A DNA stretch of 63,681 nucleotides, counting the filler. It is 15 parts of 15 records of this genome, joined end to end, with 100 filler letters (N's around TTAATTAATTAA, not from the genome) between each part and the next. Parts side by side here need not be neighbours in the genome. Positions count along the whole stretch, not along the records: positions 45,437 to 51,480 come from SRR15195285_12011; positions 51,581 to 54,945 come from SRR15195285_12024; positions 55,046 to 58,616 come from SRR15195285_12034; 12 more parts are not named here. One strand, given 5' to 3'. Every line of letters starts with the position of its first letter. Position 1 is the stretch's first letter. Under the pieces are notes generated by a model. The model did no database searches. It worked only from the letters and a program-made list of their open reading frames with translations, and was not told the DNA's origin. A program made the translations under genes and the position numbers. This document shows positions 47,059-58,616 of the stretch, piece after piece.

Positions 47059-50000
47059 TCAGTGTGTACCCTCGTCCACAATGATCTTCCATGTGCGCAC
47101 CTCCATAGGTGCAATCGTTGCTATCCCTACGTCGTCAGATCTTCGAAAGCCCAGCTGTGCTTCTGAAGTCGCACTCCTACTCGCATTAGTCACCTGTTGC
47201 TGCTTCCAGTGTAGCCGCGACACCTCACGTTGCTGGAGGGTCATCGAGCCAGAGAGTGTCATCTCGACCGCGCTGGTGATTCTCCAATGCGGCGCGAATA
47301 GATTAGCAAGGTCAATCTTCACTGGCTTGCCAAGTGTGCTAGACTGCCCACCGTCGCCTGCCGCAAACAGGTGGCGCAACCGCAAAAGCATGACTGCGGA
47401 ACCAACTGGTGGCGCTGGGTGTGGCTTCGTCGTTGCATTGTACTGTGTGTCAGGTTCGTCAATCAACGAGATATTCATCTGCGGTGGCAACATTTGGAGA
47501 GAGAGCAGCTCCAGCTGAGGAGGTAGTGGAGTCGAGACAGGCGAGCTTGCTGCACAATGGCTGCTGCTGGTAGCATCGACAGTGGTAGCCACAGAGCTGA
47601 ACAGGACAACAGGATTCGCTAACGCAGCGGCAATTGGCCGGACGGAAGCAGCAAGTTCTAGACCTTTTGCGTCGCCTGTGTCGCTGAGCACAAGTAAATT
47701 GTGTAGTGTGACCAGATGATTGTCAGTGGAGTTGTCGCAATTGGGTCCACTTGTCTGGGACGGGTCGAGAACCGCCCTGTTCACCATCAGTTCCATCGAG
47801 CCATCAGCCATTGACGCAGCTCCCTGTGCGCTACCGACCACAGCCGAGAGAGCAGGGGCACGACCAGCTTTGCCAAGATCCGTCGAGGGCAGAATTGCTG
47901 CTAGCGTCGCCGGATAGTAATTCGAAGCGACGGGCTCCTTCGCATTGATCCATGGCCCAACCTGCCACGGTCTCTGATCTCGCTCGCGCGCGATCCACTC
48001 GAGACCGTTCGAGTCTGTGAGCATGCGCGTCCCAGAGCTAATGTTTGTATCTAGCCGCAGAATTACATTCTGATCGAGATGATGGGATACGTCAAACGGC
48101 CCCGACGAAACCCAGACGTGCGCGTGCTTCTCGTCAGCATAGAGGCGGTAGCAAAGAGTCACCCCAGCTGCTGCATCGATCGATACAACCACCTCTGAGA
48201 AGAGCGGCCCTTCCATGACAGTGGCCTTCGCAGAGCGCTCGCCAGGGAACGGTACTGCAGAGTCGCCGCCTCTGCCGTTCGTAGAAAAATCCCAGCTGTT
48301 CTCGGTTTTTTCAGTGGTCTGGTAGGTGAGCACGCGAGCGGTGGCCGTGATTGTTGTAGCACCAGCTGAAATCGTCTGCAGTGCACCAGACTGATTGAAT
48401 GCGAGCTGCATTGCTTTACTCCGCAGTACGGTGCGATCACCTGAGAGTGGCCTAGCCTGAACATACTGGCAACCAGTAGCTGCAGAATTACTCGCCGGGT
48501 CGATGGAAAAGTGATGAAGGCCAAGTGGCAGCAAGTTTGCCTTGAAAGTGAGCAGCACTGCGTCTTCAACCATATGCGAAGGGGACAGCTGACACCTCAG
48601 GCTAGATATAGTTTGATTATTGGCCACGGCTACGGACAGCCCAGCTTTCGCAGCTACAGATGGAACAAGTAGTTCCACATACTCGTCCCGAGCGTTCATC
48701 TGCGGATTGTAGACAGAGATGAGAGTGGACTTGCCACCTGAAAGCGCAAGCTTGACCCTGTCGCAAAGCTTCCCTGTTGCGTTCACGCACGGAGACATCG
48801 CAGTGGATCGGACCTCGCAGCTTCCGAGCTTCGTGGCCGCTGCTGAAGCAACGTTCGAGGCCCTCTCGATTCCGTCTTTAAGTCGGTTGGTGAAATCATT
48901 AGACACAATCCCGAAGCCATCACCTGGAAGTGCATCATGCGCTACTGCTAACCCCATCGCCTTCCATATTGGCAGCAGATCTGCAAACTGTGTCATCCAG
49001 TGCTCAGCATCTCTCTGAAGCGCATGTACCTGCTGCGCAGCGCGCCATATCGAAGACGAAGCACGCACAAGCGCCTTGAAACCAGGCCTACTCGTGAAAA
49101 AGCCTGACCAGGGAGCTCCCATCTCATCGCCGATCAGCGGTAGCATATCCCACTCCGCCGGCCGCGGGGGAAACTCGATCTGTTCTTCGTTCAGTGCCTT
49201 GGCAAAACGTGATGGCGTCGAGTACTGCGCGCGGATGCCTGTGCTTAGTGTGCGCTTGTTGATGGTGTCTAGCGCTTGATCCAGGCCTACGTAAACAGCC
49301 TGTGCGTCCTCCCACCGATGGTCGTCTCCGAACATTATCACGACGTTGCTTGCAGTGGGGTGTGCAGTGGCAACGAGGTCCTGAGCAAGTAATATCAGGT
49401 CGTCTGCAACAGCCTCCGGATTTGGGTTCAGCAGATTGCCATGGTTAGCGCGATACGGATTCCAGTAGCCCGTTCTCTGCTCGTGTGTCAGCATCGTATG
49501 CGTATCATCCTTGCCCTCGTCAGGGAAAGACTTCATAGCGTGCCACAGCGCGGCTGTCTGTTGGTTGATTGGATCTCCCTCGGTCTCGCCACGCCCAAAG
49601 CCATAGAAGTCGAAACCGGCTTCTCTGAAGAGGTACGCTGCAGTGGAGGAGTGGCCAAAAGGATCAGGTTGCCAGGCAGTCTTCACCGCCGACCAAGGAC
49701 TGTCATCGTAATTGACCACACTCTTGAGCCACAGGTGACCAAGACAGAGATTGTCCACCTGATCTTCAATGCGCGAGCATGCCTCATCGTGCTGCGTCCA
49801 TCCGCCTCCGGTCCACTCAAGTCGTCCTTCTTTCACTAGTTGACGCACAGTGTCGCGCTGTGTTGTATTGGCGTCTTTCCACCACATGTCATAGAACACC
49901 CCTATCTCGGGAGCGAAAGTGCGTTGCTTGCCAGCGGCGACTCCAGCAATCATCTGCGTGATCAGCGCACCGATACCGGCACTTGCAGCTGGGCTTTTCG

Positions 50001-51298
50001 GACCTTTGTCGTTTGAGTTTGTGAATCCCTGCGTGCCCTTGTACATTGCCTCTACTGTGTACAGCCAGCCTGGGTCGAGGTGACTGTGTGGTACGATGTG
50101 TACGGTCACATTCGGCGGTGGTGACGCGACTTCTCTAAACCACGCCGGTCCACCTGCCGTCCCACCATTGGTGCCATCCGCATCGCGCCAAAAGATGGCG
50201 TGGCAGCGGTCTTTGACCGAGACAACGCCCATGGTTGGCGTGGGCGGGGGTGCTGGTGGACCCGGCTTTGCACACTCTTCCTTTTCGCACCACAGGTTCT
50301 TGCACCCGCCCGAAGATGCACACCAGTAGATGCGCCTGCAGTCTTCATCGAGAGTGCCGGTCTGTTGCCCGCCGCTGTTGAATAGTACCTCTACCTTCTG
50401 CGTCGGGACATGAAGCGTGCCAGTGGCAGACTGCCAAGATGTACAGGGCGAGCCTTGGCCCTTGATGCAGGTAACCGTGAAGTTGCTCATGGTCGGATCT
50501 CCGCCTCCATGCTCCGCAACCGTATAATGCTCCCCGCCTACGCGATCCAGGTACCAGTGCGAGCCGAGCAGCGACTTGCACTGCCCTGGGCTCCGCTTTG
50601 CGCGCTGCCACAGCGCCTCGGTGCCCGCCAGGGTCACGGTGCCGTTCATGTGTGGTTCCTGCCCATACAAAGGCATCCAAATCACTGCACTCTCCCCTAT
50701 AATTCACGCCCCACCGCCCCACCGTCCTCCCATGCAAGCACTGCCACGCACCATGACTGCAGTGAGCGTGGCATTCGGCTGCGTCATGCACCCACCGCTC
50801 TTGCAGGCCACGACGTACTGACCGCTCGTGTGCCGCGACACATCGTACCTGCCCACACAACGGCATACAATCACTGCCACTGTCCCATACAAATTATCCT
50901 CCCATACAAACCACTGCCTGCATCCCATACAGGTCGCTGCCAGCCTGCCATACAAATCAACGCACCTCGAGAGCGTCCCTGGCGTCACCGAGGCGATGTA
51001 CTGCCGCGAAGGGTTGACGTCCGCCATGCGCCAGGTCCTGACCATACAATGCTATACAAATCACTGCGCTGGGACGCACAAACCACTGCACTTCCTCCCA
51101 TATACGAATCACTGCCACGCTTCCCATACAAACCACTATGCTCCCTCCCGTACAAACTACCGGCAGTCCCCCCGGATACAATTACAACTGTACTCCCTCC
51201 CGTACAAAGCACCGCACGCACCCTGAGAGGTCCTCGCACTCCTCCGCCACCGTGCTGCCGCCCACCAGCGTGAGCAGCAGCCACCTCATCATCATCAT
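47059..51298 (-). CDS. Secreted GH38 (lysosomal-type) alpha-mannosidase with extra N-terminal modules; 3 introns
   Basis: Signal peptide from ATG 51298; introns 51038-51221, 50849-50965 and 50659-50751; VHIVPHSHLDPGW, GGWTQHDEA, nucleophile AWQPDPFGHS, WSGFFTSRP, AHDALPG, ASNYYP, LLRLRHLF. Confidence 0.9.
50659..51221 (-). mobile_element. Three introner-like introns, family C, built from ~20-27-nt tandem units (50659-50751, 50849-50965, 51038-51221)
   Basis: All start GTGCGT, contain variable numbers of GCAGTGrTTTGTATGGGA-like units, and end GCAGTGATT(T)GkATrs..TTGTrTGGkCAG; splicing all three restores the frame. Confidence 0.72.
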
Positions 51299-51430
51299 CC
51301 CAGTCGGCACGCCGCCGCTGCCACCGCACAGCCGAGCAAAAAACGGCTGAAAAGGGGCTTTTTCTCGCTGGAGGTGTCTACTGGCGGGAGGCCCCTGCTC
51401 TAGCTCGTGTCTGTCCCCGCCCCATGCCAC

Positions 51431-51480
51431 CAACATGCGCCGCCGTACGCACGCGTCGATCAGACTGCAGTGCCCAGGTG
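51431..51480 (-). repeat. Dispersed upstream element (copy upstream of GH38)
   Basis: Minus strand CTGGGCACTGCAGTCTGATCGACGCGT[gcgtacggc]GGCGCATGTTG; contig ends here. Confidence 0.78.
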
Positions 51481-51727
51481 NNNNNNNNNNNNNNNNNNNN
51501 NNNNNNNNNNNNNNNNNNNNNNNNTTAATTAATTAANNNNNNNNNNNNNNNNNNNNNNNNNNNNNNNNNNNNNNNNNNNNTGCTGACGCTGCTGCTGCTG
51601 CTGCTGCTGCAAGAGCACAGCAGAGAGCACGGGGCCACTGGCTGCTGTAGCGACCAACACTGTGTACACATGCTGCATGGACTGCGCCGTACTAGTAGTG
51701 ACACGCTGTAGAGGTTCCTAGCACGGG

Positions 51728-54700
51728 ATGGCGGCAGTGGCGGAGGGATGGCGGAAGGTGGACCGGCCCAAGCTGCTGGCGCAAGGGCGGAACTTCAAGG
51801 GGGAGACGATATTCGCGAGCCTGCCGAAGGCGACGCTGCGCCGGGTTGCGGCCAAGATGGAGCTGCGCACCTTCGAGCCAGGCGAGACCATCGTGCGGCA
51901 GGGCGATCCCGGGGACGCCATGTACATCGTGCTGGAGGGCCGGTGCTCCGTGACGTGGGAGGCCCAGGCGCCGGGCTCCACGCCCACGCTGCGAGACGGA
52001 GACATGTTCGGCGAGCTTTCGTTGCTGACGGAGCAGCCGTGCTCCGCGACGATCTCGGCGGTGGAGGAGAGCACGGTGCACGCGATGCGGCTGGCGAAGG
52101 CGGACGTCAAGGACATCCTGGATAAGGTGTGGGGCGGCGACGAGGAGCTCGAGCAGCGGCGCGAGCTGCTCGCCTCGCTGCCGCTGTTTCACGGCCTGGC
52201 GAACGGCGAATTGCTTCAGATTGCGACGCAGTTGGAAGCGGTCGCCTACGACGATGGCAAGGTGATTGTGCGCCAAGGGGACCTCGGCGACTGCATGTAC
52301 ATCGTGACGGAGGGCGAGGTACACGTATCGGTTCACACCGTCGGGGTCGTTGCGCAGCTTCACTTCAAAGACTACTTTGGGGAGCTGGCCATCGTCGATT
52401 CTTCTGAAAGCAGGCGGGCAGCCACGGTCTATGGGGCAGGTCCCGTAGAGCTGCTGCGACTGTCTCGTTTGGCCGTTCATAGGGTCCTCAGCTCGGATAA
52501 GTGTAAACAGGTGCTGGCGGTGGTGAAGCGCAAGTATATGCACAACGAGCGCCTGCGCGCCTCGCCGCTCGTGCTGGGAGTCATCGAAGCTCTGTGGAAT
52601 CTGATGGTTGCGGCATCACGAGACACCGCAGCAGCACAGGCAGGCGCGGCAGGACGCTGGGAGCTGATGCGGCTGCACGAGGCCGAAGAAGACGTTGTAA
52701 CGCGCGAGGGCTACACTGCAATTCACCTGCGGATCAGCAAGGTGCTCAAGGCGGCGTTCGACCTCGAAGCCGCGAAAGCCATCGCCAGCAAAGACTGGGT
52801 TGAGGACATCACTGCCATCAGTGGCGACTCGTCGGTCAATATCTGGCTAGAAGAGGTCAAAAAGAAACTCAGAGCAGCTACCACAAAGACTGTCCTGACG
52901 CTGGGCTGGCAGGCTCTGTTTGATCATTTCGACACTGACGGCTCTGGTCAGCTCGATGCGTCCGAGTTTGTCGATGCAGTGCGGCGCGAAATGGAGATCT
53001 CAGAGGCGACGATCAGTGACGATCAGCTTCGAGCACTCTTTGAACAGGTAGATGCTGATGGTGGGGGGGACATCTCTGCGACTGAGCTCGCGGAGTGGTT
53101 AGCATCAGACGATGTTCCTGGTGACGAAGAGAACGATGCGAAGTTCACCATACAGGAGGCATCGCGCACCATCGTGACTAAATCTGGATGGGATCATCTG
53201 TTTCAAAAGTACGACACGGACGGTGGCGGTAGCCTCGATTTTGGTGAGTTCTCACTCATAGTTAGGAACGACTGTGGGCTTCACGCAGGCATTCTCGGAC
53301 CGCCAGAGCTCCGTCAACTGTTTAATGCGGTTGACGAGGACCGGTCGGCCGAGATTGACGCGGAGGAGTTCTCTACATTCATCACGTCGGACCCTCTCGC
53401 AATGGATATGACGTTTCAGGTGTTCGCTGAGTCCTGCTTTCAAATGGCGCACTTGTGGGTGGCAGAGCCGGATGAAGAGCAGTACGCGAAGTTTCTGACT
53501 GCCATCTTCCATGGCATTACGAATGGTGATGGTAGCCTCCGCGATATCGTTGGGACAAAGGACGGCAAAGGCTACAAGCTTGGCAGTCTTGATGACGTGA
53601 AGACAATAGCGAATGCGGATGGCACGCTGAACGTACCTGGTGTCAATTTTCGCTCCCAGACAGGTGACAGCGCTGTAAGCACTACTGATTTACAGGATGG
53701 TCGGGACAAGAGCGATGTTCAAAAATCCGCTGCAAAGAAGAAGAGAAAACGAAAGAAGAAGCTCAGGGATTCTGCGAAGGCTCTGACAAGCATGAAGGCC
53801 ACACAGCGGGGGTCGAGCAGCGAAGACACGCTACCACACGACGACCTCGATCGATCCAGCAACTCCCAGCACGGACATGGAGGTCACGACGATATATACT
53901 CACACACCAACTCCCAGCTCGGACATCATTTGCGGGTTGACATTTGCGTGGCACCCATGCCGAAGCCAACGTGGCCTAAAGGGCTCCGTGGTCACGACGG
54001 GGATAGCGACAGTGATGACGCCAGCGAAGCGGAATGTGGACACGGTGACGGGCATGGATACAATGGGTATGGATACGGTGACGGGCACGGATATGGATAT
54101 GGCAGTGGTGGTAGCCGTGGAAGTGGGCGTCGGATAAGCAAAGTACGCTACCATTCATTTCCTCGGCACTCGGTTGCTGGTTTTCGCGCCGTTCGATGCT
54201 CACTTGAGAACAGGGACGTGGTTGAGGGCAAACCTAGAACCAACGAAGTCATGCGACCGTCCCTCACTGAAAAAGCAGAGCGATCTGGTATCCCAATTGT
54301 AGGCCAACGCTGTGGACGGCGAGTCCACAATCTACGCAGGTCGCCTTTGGCTCGAAAACGGGAGGGTGCGGCCTTGCAAACCACAGATATAAAGCACCAC
54401 CAAACTCATGTGCATATAAACCAGAGCATGCCAGCTGCTGAATGTACCGTGTCATGTGGAGTGTCACCACTGGACGTACCCTTGTCTTCGACAAATCTGC
54501 TTCAGAGCTCGGAATCAGACCCCAGTGGGACTAGGGAACGGAGCGCTGCTGATGACCGGCCGTCATCTCCAACCAGATCACTCAGCCCAACGACACCGGA
54601 GCTTGGCACGTGGGCGACTTCGCCGCGCGTTGATGCCAGGGAGAAGCAGGAAGAGGTGCTCAGCTCTCGACTTTCACTTTCACAAGGCAATGTGGTCAGG

Positions 54701-54945
54701 AGTACCAGGAGTGACGATGGTAGTACTTCGCCGTCGCCTACAATTACTTGCACGCCTCCGCGGGTGCTACCACCACTGGAGAATTCTGGTAGGGAGGTGT
54801 CGTCCAACAGACTGCCAGTGCCACTGGCGAGCGAGCTGTCGATAGACGATCTTATACGTGATGCACCAATGCTTGCAGCAGTGTGGAGGGCCAACGCAGA
54901 CCTCTGGATGGAGCCCATGGAGCCGGAGCCGGAGCCGGAGCCGGA
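51728..54945 (+). CDS. Tandem cNMP-binding domains + four EF-hands + disordered tail; 3'-truncated at an EP repeat
   Basis: IVRQGDPGDAMYIVLEG..FGELSLL and IVRQGDLGDCMYIVTEG..FGELAI..RRAATV; EF loops DTDGSGQLDASEF, DADGGGDISATEL, DTDGGGSLDFGEF, DEDRSAEIDAEEF. Confidence 0.85.
54920..54945 (+). repeat. (GAGCCG)n coding microsatellite encoding Glu-Pro repeats; also at about 10882-10903, 11713-11740 and 37576-37605
   Basis: Seen directly; three of the four copies lie at contig ends. Confidence 0.85.
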
Positions 54946-55223
54946 NNNNNNNNNNNNNNNNNNNNNNNNNNNNNNNNNNNNNNNNNNNNTTAATTAATTA
55001 ANNNNNNNNNNNNNNNNNNNNNNNNNNNNNNNNNNNNNNNNNNNNCTATAATAAGGAACTCTCATTTCAGTCAGTTGATCTTTGATGGACATTGTCAAAA
55101 AGCCCCAAATTGCGACGTTGGGCGTTGTCAAGGAACACGTGGGACGGTGAGGGACGGGCCACATACTGCATATCGAACATACAAGATACATACGTTGGGC
55201 GGCGGCACGTCTGGGGTCGTGGG

Positions 55224-56984
55224 ATGGACTCGCCTGCGGTGCGCGCGTCGCACGGCCTGCAGGACTACTTTCAGAAGACCGAGGACGCGCATGAGGAGAC
55301 GAACAGCAGGCTGGCGGCGCTGGAGCGGACGCTGCAGGAGCGCGATGCGATGGTCGACGAGATGGCGGGCGGGCTGGAGGCCGCGTGGGACAAGATCGAG
55401 CTGCTCGAGGGTCAGCTGGAGCGGGTGGAGCAGGGCGACGCGCTGCAGGCGAAGATGGAGGCAATCGCGCAGAGCTACCAGCAGCAGGTCGACATGATGG
55501 GGCGCGACCTGGAGGAGGTGCGCGAGTCGCTGTCGGACGAGACGGCAGTTCGCCACGCGGTCAGCAGAGCGATGGACGAGCGGGCAGCGGCCGACCAGGT
55601 CCAGCTCGACCTGGTGGCCAAGCAGCGCCGCTCCGTGTGGCTGAGCCAGACCTTCGGCCGCGTGCGCACTGCCATGCTGAGAAGCAACAAGCGGAACGTG
55701 CTGGAGTGCTGGCGGGAGGTGTGCATGGAAAAACGCCGGCGCTCGAACCTCGTCCTCAAAACAGTGACGCACATCATGATGCTCAAAGCTTCGCAGGTGC
55801 TTTCGCAATGGCTGGGCGTGGTCCGCACGGCGGCCAAACAACGGCAGGCGTCGTTGCTGGACGATGTCCAGGCTGCGCATGCGGAGATATCCACGCGATT
55901 CGACGAGGAGCTCGGTACCTCCTCCACGCTGGAAAGGCTGGCTGAGATCGAAAAGACAATGGCAGACGAGGCTAGCCAGACGCGCTTGCTGGTGCAAGAG
56001 TTCTTCGAGTACCAGCATAAGTTCGAGGTGGATCTAGTAGCCGACCGAGCTCAGGATGCCGCCGAGCAGAGAGGGCGCCTAACGACGCTGAAAGCGGAAG
56101 TGATGGAAGAGGTGGAAAGTCTCGAGACGAGGGTCAGGGAGGAGCTTGTAGGGTGCGTGGTGCGCTGCGATGGCATCAGCAGAGAGATTGACAGCACCAA
56201 GGCGGAGAGGGCTGACGCGGAAGACGAGATGTATGCGACGCGGGCGAAAGCTGAGGCGGTCTCCAAGCAGCTTGCCGGCATGCAGAAGCTGCACGCACAG
56301 ACTGCCGAGAGCGAGCGGGTGGCGATCCGCAGACTCGAGGACAAGGTACTTGAGCTTCAGACCCGCAGCGGGCAGACACATAAGGAAATGCACGCCTGCC
56401 GCGCAGAGCTCCGAGCGGCGGCTGCCGCAGCGGCGAAAGCACGCGGTGGGGCAGCGCTGATGCGACATGTCAACTACGATGAGAAGTTCAAAATGCAGCC
56501 GCCGCCATCAACTCAACCAGCACCTGCGGACGAAGGCCGGCTAGCAAGTGAGTCGTCAAATTCTACAGTCATGGCATCAGCCGCGCAGAGGCCGCCCGAA
56601 CAAACCAGTGGCTCCACCGTGAGTAGCAGTAGCAGCACCAGCAGCAGTACAGGGAGCAACAGGTACTCTGCGTCTCGACGCGGTGGTTCGCCGGCTCGGG
56701 GTAGCACTCGAGGGCATTCGCCTGGGCGCTACACGCGCACACCGAGATCATCCACGGTGGACGTGGGAGTGGACGAGAACGCGCAGGTGCCGGAAGGGGT
56801 CCCACTGGCACATGACAGAAGAGAGACGTCGCAGAGCAGTGAGTCTGCGACCATAGGCGGCGGCAAAGATCTTAAAAGTCGCGCTCCCGCGTTGCCAGGA
56901 CGCGATGGAAGTCGGTCGGTGTACCGTCCAAAGGTGGCGGCGCGAAGGAATTCGCGGGACCGCACTGTGATGCCTGATGAATGA
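55224..56984 (+). CDS. Long coiled-coil hypothetical protein with Ser-rich tail
   Basis: Open frame with E/L/A/R-rich heptads, ATG at 55224. Confidence 0.6.
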   Translation: MDSPAVRASHGLQDYFQKTEDAHEETNSRLAALERTLQERDAMVDEMAGGLEAAWDKIELLEGQLERVEQGDALQAKMEAIAQSYQQQVDMMGRDLEEVRESLSDETAVRHAVSRAMDERAAADQVQLDLVAKQRRSVWLSQTFGRVRTAMLRSNKRNVLECWREVCMEKRRRSNLVLKTVTHIMMLKASQVLSQWLGVVRTAAKQRQASLLDDVQAAHAEISTRFDEELGTSSTLERLAEIEKTMADEASQTRLLVQEFFEYQHKFEVDLVADRAQDAAEQRGRLTTLKAEVMEEVESLETRVREELVGCVVRCDGISREIDSTKAERADAEDEMYATRAKAEAVSKQLAGMQKLHAQTAESERVAIRRLEDKVLELQTRSGQTHKEMHACRAELRAAAAAAAKARGGAALMRHVNYDEKFKMQPPPSTQPAPADEGRLASESSNSTVMASAAQRPPEQTSGSTVSSSSSTSSSTGSNRYSASRRGGSPARGSTRGHSPGRYTRTPRSSTVDVGVDENAQVPEGVPLAHDRRETSQSSESATIGGGKDLKSRAPALPGRDGSRSVYRPKVAARRNSRDRTVMPDE

Positions 56985-57847
56985 ATAGTCTGACAACCTG
57001 CCAAGCGATGCAGCATTGAGTTTACACGTTGCCAAGTGAACATTGTCAGCACTGTTGGCGCCGCTCCCGTTGAAATGCGCGCCGTTGATATCGTCGCCAG
57101 CCGGTTCGTGCTGCAGCGATGTTTCGTTGGCACGTTTGAGGCACTTACCTTCTCTAATCTTGTTTGTCATGCAACGCCCTGCTGGTTGTAGTAGTGCATG
57201 GACGGGCGGTCCATGGGTTGCCTTGGCAGCGGTGTATTGATTGTATCGTGATACACTGTCACAACATCCAGACGTAGACCAAACTAATCGGAGCTCGACA
57301 TGCACTCGTCCTGACGCAAAGCAGCACCTATGAACGACTGATCCGCTTGACAAAGGGCATAAGGCCTTATGGTCTTTGTCACACCTCCTCGCATACACCA
57401 TTTGCGAGCTGTACGAGGCAATGGCACTCTCACAACCGAAAGGGCAGAGCGTAAACTAGAATGACAAATAATCAATTATCATAATGGAATCTCCACTCCT
57501 CCACACCCCTCTCCATCAAAGCCTCGTAAGGTTGAGGAGGTGTGTGTGCATTCTGCCATTGTGCCCTAGAATCATATTGTGATCGCCTCGGCGAGTAATA
57601 CCGGTAGCCCTTAGCCGCATCCAGTGGAGCTACATGTACTAGCTAGATCTAGATCTAGTAGATCCGATCCGCGCGCACCGGTCACGCGCGGGGGCGCGCC
57701 CGTGACGACCATCAGTGCACTGGCACCCGGCATCGATCCGCATCGCGCGATGTGCGTGTTGAGGTAGGTGAAATAGAGCAAGGCTGTGTCGTGTGTGTAC
57801 GCTGTACCTGTACCGCGCACATCAGGCTGCTCGCGGTCCACACTGGT

Positions 57848-58616
57848 ATGGTCCCGCTTGTGTGCACCACGCTGCTCGGAGGGCTTGCCGCCCAGCCCGC
57901 TCCCAAGTTCCAACCTCACGACGCTCGGTACTACGGAGCCGTACCAGACGACGGCAAAGATGACACGATCGCGCTGCGTTGGGCGTTCGGAAACTGCACC
58001 ACGACAGGCTCCGTGTATGTTCCACCGGGCGAGTACGTAGTATCGCCTCTAACCACAGCTGTCGGCGGGCCACTGCCACACGCCACGGTCGATATACTGC
58101 CTGTCCCGTCGAACTGCCACGTGTATGGCGCAGGGCATACGGGCAACGACGTCACAACCATTGCGCTCGCGACCAGCGGCGGCACGGACGGCGCGGGGGT
58201 AAACGGCGTCGACGGGTGCTGGTGGCGCATGATCGGCTGGTGTGGGAACTCCTCCGCCGGTCTTTGTTCCACCCCCCCTTCGAACATCACGATCTCTGAT
58301 CTGCACCTGAGCGGTTCGACCAACTACACGAACTACACGCAGATTTCCGGGCAGCGAGAGCACGGCTCGCTCATCTTCTTCTATCAAGCAAACCCGGCGC
58401 TTCGTCCCATCGTCGGGATCACAGTGGAGCGCATTTTTGCAGAGAAGGTTGCGGGTGACTGCATGGACTTTGGAGACGGAGTGCAGCAGCTGTTGGTGAC
58501 CGACATCACCCAGCGCGACTTCTTGCGGGTGGGGGTGGACCAGGCTGGCGCTGGTCCGGTGGCTCGAGACCGCGAGGTGCGCAATGTGGTTGACCTGCCC
58601 TGCAGCCCCGGTGTGT
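57848..58616 (+). CDS. Secreted right-handed beta-helix (pectate lyase 3 / pectin lyase fold) protein; 3'-truncated
   Basis: Signal peptide; YYGAVPDDGKDDTIALRWAF, VYVPPGEY, VPSNCHVYGAG, NITISDLHLSG, GDCMDFG. Confidence 0.75.

Noticed and set aside
50850-51210. CRISPR-like or minisatellite array of CCCATACAAA units
   Set aside because: Units are degenerate with no unique constant-length spacers, there are no cas genes, and they lie inside spliceosomal introns of GH38 (reported as family C).
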